Source of the DNA: SAR202 cluster bacterium
GTDB lineage: Bacteria; Chloroflexota; Dehalococcoidia; Lucifugimonadales; UBA2985
NCBI GenBank assembly: GCA_009391535.1
Contig: VFHP01000008.1
Span: forward strand, 386-64,385
Length of the DNA stretch: 64,000 nt
Direction of reading: 5' to 3'
Below, piece after piece: positions 1-9,404 of the stretch. The notes under the pieces are model-generated. The model did not search any database and was not told the DNA's origin. It saw only the letters and a list, made by a program, of their open reading frames with translations. The position numbers were made by a program, and so were the translations under genes. The stretch's first letter is position 1. Every line of letters starts with the position of its first letter.

Positions 1-1099
1 CTGGTTGAGTCGTCATTCTTTCTCTTATGACTCTTTCCATCCTTAAGAATCCGACCCTGAGCTGATTTTGCAATAATTCGCCCACGGCTCTTATCCTTCG
101 ATTGCCCAGATGGTCTATATCATCATGACCTTCTTGGGAGTTATTCACCAGTATCATCTTTCTAATCACTGCAACTAAGTCATCTCTGGTCAAAGTGCAT
201 TCCGTATCTGCAACATCGATTTCCAGTCTTCTATTTAATTTATACCTACCCACATTGCCCAAGTCGTATCTTCTAGGGTTGAAAAAGAGGTTTTCCATGA
301 GGTTACGGGCATTTTCTACGTTTGGTGGTTCACCTGGCCTCAAACGCTTGTAGAATTCTAATAGGGCCTGATCCTGTGTTTTGACTTGTCCGTCTCTTTC
401 AAGGGTCGTAGCAATATATTTATGGTTTGGATTGTTGTCCGCATCTTCGAAAAGGGAAAGTATCTCAGATTCTTCCACTATACCAATTGCTTTCAGTAAA
501 GTAGTAACCGACGCTCTTCTCTTACGGTCAACTTTGACGGATAGTACATCTTTGTTATTTGTTTCGAATTCTAGCCATGCACCCCTATATGGGATTAATT
601 TACCGAAACACATATCTCTATCAGTTGTGATGTCTTTTTCTACCGTGAAGTATACGCCAGGGGACCTTACCAGCTGACTGACGACAACTCTTTCTGCACC
701 GTTTATTATGAAGGTGCCTTGAGTGGTCATCAAGGGGATGTTACCCATGAAAAGTCTTTGTTCTTTGACTTCACCTGTTTCTTTTATTAACAATCTAGTT
801 GTTATATAAAGGGGGGCTTCGAAGGTTATCTCTCTGATTCGGCATTCTTGTTCAGTGTACTTAGGTGTTTGGAATTCGTGATCCAAGAATGATAACTCAA
901 ATCTACCACCGGTAAAATCTTGTATGGGAGAAATTTCTTGAAACAAAGAAGTCAAACAGTCTCCTACAAACCATTCAAAAGACTCCATTTGAAGTTGTAT
1001 TAGATTTGGCACGTCCAGTATCTGTGGAATTCTTGCGTATGTCTTTTTTTGAACGGTAATATCTGGATTATTAATAGTTCGAACAGATGAAGGGCTCAT
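1..1099 (-). CDS. rpoB: DNA-directed RNA polymerase beta subunit, 5' part (runs off window start)
   Basis: Not in the ORF track; translated by hand from ATG at 1099 (AGGAG RBS upstream): MSPSSVRT...YARIPQILDVPNLIQLQMESFEWF...EISPIQDF...FMGNIPLMTTQGTFIINGAERVVVSQLVRSPGVYF, hallmark RpoB N-terminal motifs. Confidence 0.97.
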   Translation of the reverse strand, partial: MSPSSVRTINNPDITVQKKTYARIPQILDVPNLIQLQMESFEWFVGDCLTSLFQEISPIQDFTGGRFELSFLDHEFQTPKYTEQECRIREITFEAPLYITTRLLIKETGEVKEQRLFMGNIPLMTTQGTFIINGAERVVVSQLVRSPGVYFTVEKDITTDRDMCFGKLIPYRGAWLEFETNNKDVLSVKVDRKRRASVTTLLKAIGIVEESEILSLFEDADNNPNHKYIATTLERDGQVKTQDQALLEFYKRLRPGEPPNVENARNLMENLFFNPRRYDLGNVGRYKLNRRLEIDVADTECTLTRDDLVAVIRKMILVNNSQEGHDDIDHLGNRRIRAVGELLQNQLRVGFLRMERVIRERMTTQP

Positions 1100-1229
1100 G
1101 GCAATTCACGCTCCTGGGTTAATTAAGAATGTGTTTCAGTTAGACACGAAGAAGAGACAACGTGGAAGTTGCCTCAGAGTTATAAATAGAATAGAAAATG
1201 TGATCTGCCTCATAAAATGACAATACCCA

Positions 1230-1258
1230 ATTGTATATCCAACAACGATCTACGTCAA
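1230..1258 (-). promoter_or_regulatory. sigma70-type promoter of rpoB
   Basis: TTGACG-N17-TACAAT on minus strand about 130 nt upstream of the rpoB ATG. Confidence 0.65.
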
Positions 1259-1288
1259 TAGGCTAAGAAGTATTAGGAAAAGGGCACT

Positions 1289-2002
1289 CTATTCCTGTGT
1301 TGCCCATATGCGACCAGCTACTGGGTAACCGATAGCATTCTCACCCTTTGTTGTCTTTATTACTATTATTCCTTTGTGTAGGCTAGACTCTATAATTTCC
1401 ACTTTTTCGTTTGGTAGAACATTTTGGGCCACTAGAAAACTCAATAATTCTTGGTCTTCTTCAGGCACTCTGATGATTATACATACACTTCCCTGTTCAA
1501 CATCTCTTAGTGCAATTACGGGCTTATCGGGAGGTGAGTATTTACTGTCTGGTATTGGTCCACCAAATGGACAGGTGGTTGGATATCCTAAGAGTTCGTC
1601 TATTCTTGCTTCCACGTCAGGGGAAATAGCATGTTCTAACCTATGGGCTTCTACGTGGGCTTTATCAAGTTCCAAACCAAGTAAATCCACCACAAATCGT
1701 TCAGCAAGTCGGTGTCTTCTAATCATATCTTTTGCTGCGACTAAGCCTTGAGTAGTCAGTTGCACTTCTTTGTCGTTACCAAAGGTTAACAAACCTTCTT
1801 TAGACATTCTCCTCAACATTCCAAGTACAGATGGCAAACTTGTTCCAAGTCCTTCGCTAGCTGGTAAGGATTTAAGATGTTCGGCTATATGGGCAGGGGT
1901 GGCTTTGATGGCTTCTTCTGATAAAATAAAAAGTGAAAGTAAATAGTTTTCCGCAACTTGAGATAGTTTGTCAGGATTAATGGTGTTTTTATGGTTCTTC
2001 AT
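1289..2002 (-). CDS. DtxR/MntR-family metal-dependent transcriptional regulator with C-terminal FeoA (SH3-like) domain
   Basis: ENYL helix, RRHRLAERF, EAHRLEHAIS, PTTCPFGGPIP, FeoA-like C-terminus. Confidence 0.9.
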   Translation of the reverse strand: MKNHKNTINPDKLSQVAENYLLSLFILSEEAIKATPAHIAEHLKSLPASEGLGTSLPSVLGMLRRMSKEGLLTFGNDKEVQLTTQGLVAAKDMIRRHRLAERFVVDLLGLELDKAHVEAHRLEHAISPDVEARIDELLGYPTTCPFGGPIPDSKYSPPDKPVIALRDVEQGSVCIIIRVPEEDQELLSFLVAQNVLPNEKVEIIESSLHKGIIVIKTTKGENAIGYPVAGRIWATQE

Positions 2003-2242
2003 ATATTTTCAGGACTTTTCAATCTCTTAGGTAAATGCCAGCATCACATAAACATTCTTTATTTTCAGCGATATTAATGTGGTATGCCAGGATATATCAG
2101 TATTTTATCACATTGATGTGATATACGATACAATTTTTATGCAGATGACTTGGCACCTAAAATACCCATTATTAGGTATTGCAGTAAATTTAAGGCTTGG
2201 TTATTATGGATCCGCAAAATTCACTGGATGATGGTTGCAGTA

Positions 2243-2776
2243 ATGGCTAATGTAGTACTAATTATAGATATGGTAAGAGGGTTTTTGGAGAATGGGAATT
2301 TATACTGTGGAGATGATGCCCGAAAGATTATACCTAATCTAACTAAGCTCCTGGATTCAGAAGTTAAGAAAAACTCTGATCTAATATTCATATGTGATAG
2401 TCATGAGCTTGGAGATTTGGAGTTTCAAATGTTCCCGATCCATTGTCTTTCAGGGTCATCGGAAACGGAATTGATACCAGAGTTGGCTAAGTATAGTGGA
2501 TTAAGAATCGATAAGAAGCGGTATAGTGCATTCTATGAAACCGAGTTAACCAACCATTTAGAGAGATTAAAACCGAGTAAGGTGATAGTCTGTGGGGTTT
2601 GCACGGATATATGTGTCATGCATACAGTATCAGATGCGCGCAACAGAGATTATAATGTTGTGGTTCCAACAGATGCAGTAGCATCATTTGACTTAGACGC
2701 ACACAATTGGGCTATAGTTCACATGGAAAAAATCTTAGGAGCTCAGATATCATACGTAAATGATATGGTATTGTGA
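2243..2776 (+). CDS. pncA: Nicotinamidase / isochorismatase-family cysteine hydrolase
   Basis: IIDMVRGF, CDSH, FPIHC, KKRYSAF, GVCTDICV (Asp-Lys-Cys triad and metal ligands); start moved to MANVVL; adjacent to an NAPRTase homolog. Confidence 0.85.
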   Translation: MANVVLIIDMVRGFLENGNLYCGDDARKIIPNLTKLLDSEVKKNSDLIFICDSHELGDLEFQMFPIHCLSGSSETELIPELAKYSGLRIDKKRYSAFYETELTNHLERLKPSKVIVCGVCTDICVMHTVSDARNRDYNVVVPTDAVASFDLDAHNWAIVHMEKILGAQISYVNDMVL

Positions 2777-2799
2777 TAGAGTTATTATGAAGGATTTTA

Positions 2800-3792
2800 A
2801 TGTCACAGTCAGAATTTGACCCTAAACCGTCACTAATGATCGGAGACACAGCTGATATAGCGTTGCACAGGAGTATATCTGTCCTACGTAGCGAGGGGGT
2901 GAATCCGCTTGTTACTATGGATTTCACCTCGACTTCAGCAGGGGTTTTATGTGGTGTAAATGAAATCAAGTCTTTATTGAACAAGATCCTACCCGAAAGT
3001 AACAGGAATGTGTGGGCCATCGAAGAGGGGTCGGACATTTCAGACCAAGAATTGGTGCTTCAAATTACGGCACCATACAATTCATTTGCTGTATATGAAA
3101 CTGCTATTACTGGGATAATGTCCCATTGTACTGGATGGGCTACTGCTAGTAGAGAATGTGTCGAAGCAGCGGCTGGTGTTCCAGTAATTTCTACTGGTTC
3201 TTCTATAGTGCATCCACACGTCGCTGGTATTATGGACTATTCTGCAGTGATTGGTGGTTGTGTTTCTTGTACGACGACACTGGGAAGTAAATTAGCAGGC
3301 ATAAACTCATCTGGTGCTATATCTCCCAACGTTATTCTTTTAATAGGAGACGCAGTGATGGCTATGCAGAATTTTGATAAAAATATGCCACAGGAATATC
3401 CCAGAATGGCTCCCGTAAATGTGATAAAAGATGAACTTGAAGAAACGTTGACTCTCGCAAGAGTAATGGGTCAAAGATTGAGGGGTGTTATATTGGATGA
3501 CACTGCTAATTTGAGCCCCGCGAGGGTAAAAGAGTTACGGGCGAGGCTTTCATTATCTGGCTACCCCCATGTCGAGGTTTTGGTGAGAGGGAACATATCG
3601 GCTGACGATATTAGACTTTACTCTCAAGCCGAGGTCTCCGTGAATGCTTTTGGCGTTTCCGATTATATTAGTGCTGCTCGTCCTCTTGAATTCAAAGCAA
3701 ATATTAGTAAAATTGATGATCAACCGGCCGCAAGAAGAGGCAGTATACCCGGTTCTGGATCAAATCCTAGGTTGATCAATATAATCCAGTAG
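2800..3792 (+). CDS. Nicotinate phosphoribosyltransferase homolog (type II PRTase, archaeal/Dehalococcoides-like) with degenerate active-site motifs
   Basis: Scaffold matches NAPRTase (YETAITGIMSHCTGWAT, VHP..AGIMDYSAVIGGC, FGV..YI, RRG.IPG) but catalytic motifs are altered; see findings. Confidence 0.8.
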   Translation: MSQSEFDPKPSLMIGDTADIALHRSISVLRSEGVNPLVTMDFTSTSAGVLCGVNEIKSLLNKILPESNRNVWAIEEGSDISDQELVLQITAPYNSFAVYETAITGIMSHCTGWATASRECVEAAAGVPVISTGSSIVHPHVAGIMDYSAVIGGCVSCTTTLGSKLAGINSSGAISPNVILLIGDAVMAMQNFDKNMPQEYPRMAPVNVIKDELEETLTLARVMGQRLRGVILDDTANLSPARVKELRARLSLSGYPHVEVLVRGNISADDIRLYSQAEVSVNAFGVSDYISAARPLEFKANISKIDDQPAARRGSIPGSGSNPRLINIIQ

Positions 3793-5206
3793 CAGTAAAC
3801 GCAATTGTGATTACCTTCATGGTGTTAGTGTCTAATGCCAGTCCGTCTGCTTTTCTGTAACCTACCACCCAGATAATTTCGTCATTTAAAGTTACAATAG
3901 GGACAGAGTCCCTCTTGGAGTTTGGTATTTTGGCATCGACCATGAAATCCTGTAACTTTTTTGTATTTTTCATACCAGTCGGCACAAATTTGTCCCCGGG
4001 CAATCTACCTCTAACGAATATAGGTTCATCTATTTGGTCGGCATCTAAGGTAATGTGATACTCGCTGGACAATCTTGTAGTAGATGTTTTTTCAATCCAG
4101 GAAACGATCTCCCATCCCGGAATAGTTGTTTTACCAGGCACTTTTATTATGTGCCTGGTAAGGATTTGGGTCTTGGTTTCGGCCAGACAGTTTCTTGATA
4201 CAAATTGTATTTCTTGATTGTCTATACAAACTACGAGATTGTTAGGCAAATGCACGATTTTACTTTTACCATTACTTGCCAAATCCAATATTGTATCTAT
4301 ATGAGCACTCTTGATTTTTTTGGTGTTACCAACCATCTTCTTATAGGCTAAGAGAACCAAATTTGTTTGTATAACACGGTGTTGTTCACAGAAAGCATAT
4401 CTCGAAAAGGTTATGCCGTGAGGAGCGGAAATTTTCACATGGTTCATAGTCTCCAAAGTGATTGTTTCAATATACTCTTGATAGTGTCTAGCAGCCGAAC
4501 TCATCCTAAGTAAGGCCTTGCCGAAGCTTTGGTTATAGGATTTGATTATAGGTATCAAATCAGCTCTTATTTTGTTTCTGGTGAAATGTATTGATGAATT
4601 AGATGTGTCTATTCTTGGCTGCAAGTTGTAGAAAGAACAATATTTTTCAGTCGAATCTTTGTCGATGTTCAATAATGGTCGTACCAACACAGTACAGGTA
4701 TCGGTGTCTACAGACTGCCACTTACTGAAAGCGGACATGCCAAGTAAGCCGTTCAATCCAGTGCCTCTGATCAAGTGCATCAGAATTGTTTCGACTTGAT
4801 CGTTTTTCGTGTGACCAAGTACTATTCCGAATCCTTTTTTTTCCTTGACTACGCTAGAGAGAAATTCGTATCTTATGTTTCTAGCCGCTTCTTCTATCGA
4901 GGTTTTATTTGTTTTGGCATAGTCTTTTACATTGCCGAGTCTGGTGGTATACGGCAATCCTAGTTGGTTTGCCAGATCAATTACAAACCGTTCATCATCG
5001 TCAGATTCCATTCCACGTAGACCATGGTTCATATGAGCTATGTGAAGCTTCAGATCAAGTTCATCTTTCAGATCATTAAGCGCGAGTAACAGGGCCACCG
5101 AGTCAGGGCCTCCAGATAAAGCTACTATTAATGGTTTAATCCGGTCATGAACCGGTATTTCACCCAGTGTTCTTTTTACGTTTTTTTTGATGTTATGTTC
5201 GATCAT
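3776..5206 (-). CDS. tilS: tRNA(Ile)-lysidine synthetase
   Basis: VALSGGPDSVAL, HMNHGLRG, EEAARNIRY, GHTKNDQVET, RNKIR, C-terminal TilS_C (KKLQDFMVDAKIP); start likely MIEHNIKK. Confidence 0.95.
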   Translation of the reverse strand: MIEHNIKKNVKRTLGEIPVHDRIKPLIVALSGGPDSVALLLALNDLKDELDLKLHIAHMNHGLRGMESDDDERFVIDLANQLGLPYTTRLGNVKDYAKTNKTSIEEAARNIRYEFLSSVVKEKKGFGIVLGHTKNDQVETILMHLIRGTGLNGLLGMSAFSKWQSVDTDTCTVLVRPLLNIDKDSTEKYCSFYNLQPRIDTSNSSIHFTRNKIRADLIPIIKSYNQSFGKALLRMSSAARHYQEYIETITLETMNHVKISAPHGITFSRYAFCEQHRVIQTNLVLLAYKKMVGNTKKIKSAHIDTILDLASNGKSKIVHLPNNLVVCIDNQEIQFVSRNCLAETKTQILTRHIIKVPGKTTIPGWEIVSWIEKTSTTRLSSEYHITLDADQIDEPIFVRGRLPGDKFVPTGMKNTKKLQDFMVDAKIPNSKRDSVPIVTLNDEIIWVVGYRKADGLALDTNTMKVITIAFTATGLY

Positions 5207-5231
5207 ACCTTTGCATTTACAGGGTGTGGGC

Positions 5232-6500
5232 TTATTCGTTATGCGAATCATGGTTTTTTGTTATTGTTACTTTTTCTATTTTCATTCTAGTTAATTGTGT
5301 GACCACTAAACGAATATTTTTGTATACAAAATGATCGCCTGATACCGGTATTTTGCCCAGATTCTCGAGTATGAACCCTGCTACCGTTTCGTAATCTCCC
5401 TTAGGTAGATCCAACTCTAGTTCTTCATTTGCCTCTTCTATTTGCATTCCACCATCTATGATGAAAATGTTTTCATCTATCTCTTCATATTCCATTTCAG
5501 GAAGTTCACCGTCTTCCCCAACAGGACCAACTATTTCTTCGGTCAATTGTTTTAAAGTCACTATTCCAGATATGCCTCCAAATTCATCGACCGCTATAGC
5601 AATCTGGTTCCCTACTTGTTGCATTTCACCAAACAGGGTGCCAACTGTTTTTGTCTCAGGAACGAAATCTACTGGTCGCAGCAGTGTAGTTACATTTCCT
5701 GAATCATATAGATTGCCTTCTGCAATGGCCCCCATAACATCCTTAAGGAGAAGTATACCTAGGATGTTTTCTGGATTTTCTTCGTAAACTGGAAATCGTG
5801 AGTGGGAATAGTTTTGATAGATCTCGAAAAACTGTTTTAAGTTTGTGCCGGATTCGATCAAAACCAGTTCCGGTCTAGGTGTCATAATTTCCTTCAGTTG
5901 ACGATCACCGAATCTGAATACATTCTCCAACATTTGTGCCTCGTGTTCTTCAACAGAACCTGATTCACGGCCAATGGATATAGCCGTCTTAACCTCTTCC
6001 TCGCTAAAGTAGGCTCTTTTGTCACTCCCCAGACAGAAAGCTAGAATCCTGTTTATTCCTTGAAGGACCAAAGCGATGGGAAACAACAATTTTTCCATAC
6101 CATTGATTATCCGAGAGGAGAAGAAAAAAAGTGCTTCCGGATATCTTATGCCAATAGTTTTGGGAAGCGTTTCTCCTAATATAAGTAGTATTACTGTGCT
6201 GATAATAGTCGCGAAGAGCACTCCTTTGGCTTCCCCTATCAAACCTATCAACATCACGGTGAATAATGCGGCAAACGCCGTGTTTACCAAGTTGTTTACC
6301 AGGAGTATTGTGGGTAGAACTCTTTCTGGTTCCTCCATCATTTTGGCTACGCGTTCCGCTCCGGCTATTCTATTTTCGGCCATACTCCTTATCCTTACTT
6401 TTCTAAGAGATAAGAATGCTGCCTCTGAACTCGAAAAAAAAGCAGACAATATCAGGCAGGGGAGTAGCAGGATTAAATAAATAGCTGATATGTGATCCAT
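5232..6500 (-). CDS. Hemolysin-family CNNM/DUF21 + CBS pair + CorC_HlyC protein (putative Mg/Co transport)
   Basis: SAFFSSSEAA, ILGETLPK, IMTPR, HSRFPVY, VDEFGG, YETVAGF; GAGGTGG RBS before ATG 6500. Confidence 0.92.
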   Translation of the reverse strand: MDHISAIYLILLLPCLILSAFFSSSEAAFLSLRKVRIRSMAENRIAGAERVAKMMEEPERVLPTILLVNNLVNTAFAALFTVMLIGLIGEAKGVLFATIISTVILLILGETLPKTIGIRYPEALFFFSSRIINGMEKLLFPIALVLQGINRILAFCLGSDKRAYFSEEEVKTAISIGRESGSVEEHEAQMLENVFRFGDRQLKEIMTPRPELVLIESGTNLKQFFEIYQNYSHSRFPVYEENPENILGILLLKDVMGAIAEGNLYDSGNVTTLLRPVDFVPETKTVGTLFGEMQQVGNQIAIAVDEFGGISGIVTLKQLTEEIVGPVGEDGELPEMEYEEIDENIFIIDGGMQIEEANEELELDLPKGDYETVAGFILENLGKIPVSGDHFVYKNIRLVVTQLTRMKIEKVTITKNHDSHNE

Positions 6501-6650
6501 ATATCCACCTCGGTTAATGCTTATTCTAATATTATTCAAGAATTTGTGCGATGCCAATTTGGTATTGGGGAATGATTAACTATAACGCTGAGTGGGTTAA
6601 TGTTAATATAGGACGTAAAGAGTTTCCCAAAGAAGAATCCGTTTGCAGAA

Positions 6651-6679
6651 ATGATAGCATCGCCTCATTATAGTGTCAA
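6651..6679 (-). promoter_or_regulatory. sigma70-type promoter for the CNNM-tilS unit
   Basis: TTGACA-N17-TATCAT with extended TGn on minus strand. Confidence 0.55.
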
Positions 6680-6756
6680 AGATACTGGGTGTATTTTGGT
6701 GTGTGCCATGTGACCGTAGAATTGGAAACTCAAAATCTGATTAAATCGGTGTTTTT

Positions 6757-7680
6757 TTGAATATTGTTTATCCTACAAATGATCAGTTAAAGAGTTTGGA
6801 AGATAGCGCAGTGGATTTTGCCATTGGGGCTAAGGGCTTATTAGAGAAAAACTTGAGAAATAAAAGTGTCACATATAAGGGTGATGGTTTTTCTAACCCT
6901 GTAACAAGCGTGGATTTGGAAATCGAAAAATATTTGAGAGAGAAGATATTGAAAAAATTTCCAGATCACACTGTCATAGGAGAAGAATACAAAAATGATG
7001 CAAGTGAATATAGCGATTTTATATGGGTTATTGATCCTATAGACGGAACTTCTAATTTTGTGGCTGGATTATCGATATACAGTATATCTATAGGATTATT
7101 CTACCAAGGTGAGCCAGTAGTCGGGGTGATGTTTTCCCCATTTGATAATACAGGAGAAGGGATATATCACTCCAGAAGAGGAGGAGGATCATTTCTGGCT
7201 GGAGATAAATTGGAAGTTATGAATACACAAGAACCAATATCTTCGAATCTGATCGGTCTTCCTCTAGGATACAGAAGGAGTGGGTTGTTTGGTGGCAAGG
7301 GATATGATGTAGGCAACGTCAGGATTACTGGCAGCATCAGCGTTGAAATGTTGATGGTTGCTAAAGGTGTGTTTCAACATTCATTTTTTTCTCATCCCAA
7401 AATTTGGGATGTGGCGGCTGGCATAGTACTTGTAAGAGAAGCTGGGGGGGAAGTTTTGAGATTCAACAACAGCGAATGGAAACCACTCGGCAATTTGATG
7501 GACAATCTATTTGAAGAACCAGGAGAGGGATATCTTCAGGGTCTCAGAAATTGGAGCTACCCTCTCCTGGTAGGGAACGCAGGTTTGTTAGAATATATTA
7601 CAACTAAAGGGGATGATGCCAAGATCAGCCTCAAATCAGGGATCGTTAAAATGAAAAAGCTGTTTGGCAAATTCATTTAA
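6757..7680 (+). CDS. Inositol monophosphatase family protein
   Basis: VTSVDLEIE, IGEE, WVIDPIDGTSNF, WDVAAG. Confidence 0.92.
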   Translation: MNIVYPTNDQLKSLEDSAVDFAIGAKGLLEKNLRNKSVTYKGDGFSNPVTSVDLEIEKYLREKILKKFPDHTVIGEEYKNDASEYSDFIWVIDPIDGTSNFVAGLSIYSISIGLFYQGEPVVGVMFSPFDNTGEGIYHSRRGGGSFLAGDKLEVMNTQEPISSNLIGLPLGYRRSGLFGGKGYDVGNVRITGSISVEMLMVAKGVFQHSFFSHPKIWDVAAGIVLVREAGGEVLRFNNSEWKPLGNLMDNLFEEPGEGYLQGLRNWSYPLLVGNAGLLEYITTKGDDAKISLKSGIVKMKKLFGKFI

Positions 7681-7681
7681 T

Positions 7682-7945
7682 TCAAGACTTGCTGGCCTCG
7701 AGAGCTATAGATTCTAGTAGTTCTTTTCCGTTACCTTTGTTATTTCTGTTAATACTGTTGTCAGCAATTGTTGCAGTTCGGGGCTCTATGTTTTTCTCAT
7801 TGCCTATAAGTTCATACTTATGTTCGAGGTCGAGAATTAGGCGATCTAATTCTTGTTGAGCTCTTTGTGCTTCCAGATTTTTTCTGTCCACATCCATCTG
7901 TGCTTTCTTCAAGTGATATCTGTCATTCGAATCTAATTCGTTCAT
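7682..7945 (-). CDS. Small hypothetical coiled-coil protein
   Basis: AGGAG RBS before MNELDS; heptad-like RKNLEAQRAQQELDRLILDLEHKY. Confidence 0.7.
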   Translation of the reverse strand: MNELDSNDRYHLKKAQMDVDRKNLEAQRAQQELDRLILDLEHKYELIGNEKNIEPRTATIADNSINRNNKGNGKELLESIALEASKS

Positions 7946-8014
7946 TGAATGTCTCCTTGTCAAAACTCTAGTCTTCAAAATAGTACATATGTTCTATTAT
8001 GTCAAGGGGCTAGT

Positions 8015-8749
8015 TCAGAACCAAGGCCACGGTATATTTCGTCGGTCATTATCTGGTTGCGGGAATTTTTGGTTTTGGAGAAGACTGTCTAATCGGTTTT
8101 CCAATGCTTCAGACTCGGTTTGTTTTAATACAGACTGTAAAACTACTATCTCGGGTGACTTAATTGTGAATGAATGTTTCAAGATCCGTAATTGGTTTAA
8201 GATAGTTATGGGTATGTTCTGATCTATGAAATCCCATATAACAGTTCTCAATTTCCAATGCTCATGGAATGTCAATCCGTGATCTATTGACCAAATGTGT
8301 TTCCTGTTGTCTGTGAAGCAATGACTAGCTTTGCGGTCGGCGTTGTTCGTTATCAAGTCGAATACCGCTATCTTCTTAAGTTCCTCAGGCTGATTTTCTC
8401 TAATGGTAAAGTAATTTGTTTCAGGGTCGGCATCGATAAATTGTTGTAATGATCCAATACCGTATGGGCCTTCTCTGATAACGGTTGTTGGTACGAAATA
8501 CCACTGAAGTAATTCAGATAACACATAGGAGGCATATTCTCTCTGGTATAGAGTACCTGGAGGGAAATCCCATAGTGGCTGTTCTCCCACTTCAGGTTTA
8601 TATATTGCTTTCAGGGTTTTGCCTTGGTACTCGACGTCTACTAAAAATGTGTAATTTGACCCTATAGGTATCAATCCTAATGGTGCAACATTGCCATTTT
8701 CAAGATGATTTGCCGTTTCCATTTTAGATGGCATGTTCTTGTCTGTCAT
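8015..8749 (-). CDS. SCO1664-family PI3/PI4-kinase-like protein
   Basis: GSNYTF, IYKP..GEQPLWDFP.GTL..RE, GPYGIGSLQ, NNADRK, IDHGLTF, C-terminal PWPW. Confidence 0.88.
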   Translation of the reverse strand: MTDKNMPSKMETANHLENGNVAPLGLIPIGSNYTFLVDVEYQGKTLKAIYKPEVGEQPLWDFPPGTLYQREYASYVLSELLQWYFVPTTVIREGPYGIGSLQQFIDADPETNYFTIRENQPEELKKIAVFDLITNNADRKASHCFTDNRKHIWSIDHGLTFHEHWKLRTVIWDFIDQNIPITILNQLRILKHSFTIKSPEIVVLQSVLKQTESEALENRLDSLLQNQKFPQPDNDRRNIPWPWF

Positions 8750-8781
8750 ATCAACACATTATGGGTATAGGTTAAAATAGC

Positions 8782-9300
8782 TCAATTGGCATGATGTCCG
8801 TTAGATCGGGCACATCTATGGGGTTCAACACCCATAGGGGAATTACATAGGGGACATAATGGTCTTCCTGCAGCGCAAACTTCCTGAGCTTGGTCAGCAA
8901 ATAGATTCAGTTGCTCTTTATGTATTTTAAATGAGAGATGTATTTCAGGTCCGGTATCATTCTCGAGTCCATAAACGGATATTGAAAATATATTTTCTTC
9001 TTGGATGTAGAATAAATTTATATTACCTACATCAATTTCAAAAGAGTCGGGTTCTTTACTGTCCATATTGGAGATATTATCTGTTGATTGAGCTTCATAA
9101 ATTTGTTCTGAGTAACCTACATTTATAATCTCTTGTTTTATAACAACTGATAGCCTGAAAAGCTGAGTTTTCTCCAACCAAAGATCCGCGGAAACGTTTC
9201 CAGCAGAGACAGTTATTCTAAAACGTCTCTGGCCAGGTTCCCCAATGGCTTCTGCTTTTATCGAGTCTATTAAACCGAAATTGTACCTAGGATTATCCAT
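8782..9300 (-). CDS. DUF3090-family protein with C-terminal Cys/His motif
   Basis: AIGEPGQRRF, LWLEK.QL, AAGRPLCPLC..P....HRC.RSNGH; GGAGG RBS. Confidence 0.85.
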   Translation of the reverse strand: MDNPRYNFGLIDSIKAEAIGEPGQRRFRITVSAGNVSADLWLEKTQLFRLSVVIKQEIINVGYSEQIYEAQSTDNISNMDSKEPDSFEIDVGNINLFYIQEENIFSISVYGLENDTGPEIHLSFKIHKEQLNLFADQAQEVCAAGRPLCPLCNSPMGVEPHRCARSNGHHAN

Positions 9301-9345
9301 GTGTGTCCTCCGTATACTAGACAATCGATTTGGAGTTTACTTTAG

Positions 9346-9371
9346 AAAAAAAGGGGTCCTAACGAGGACCC
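9346..9371 (-). terminator. Rho-independent terminator after greA
   Basis: GGGTCCT-cgtt-AGGACCC hairpin followed by T7 on minus strand. Confidence 0.75.
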
Positions 9372-9404
9372 ATTTCTAAGATTCATGGGTAAATTGATAT
9401 GATA

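Noticed and set aside
6501-6650. Leader of the CNNM/CorC gene as a possible metal-sensing riboswitch (M-box, yybP-ykoY, fluoride)
   Set aside because: No consensus elements of those families recognisable by eye; a covariance search would be needed
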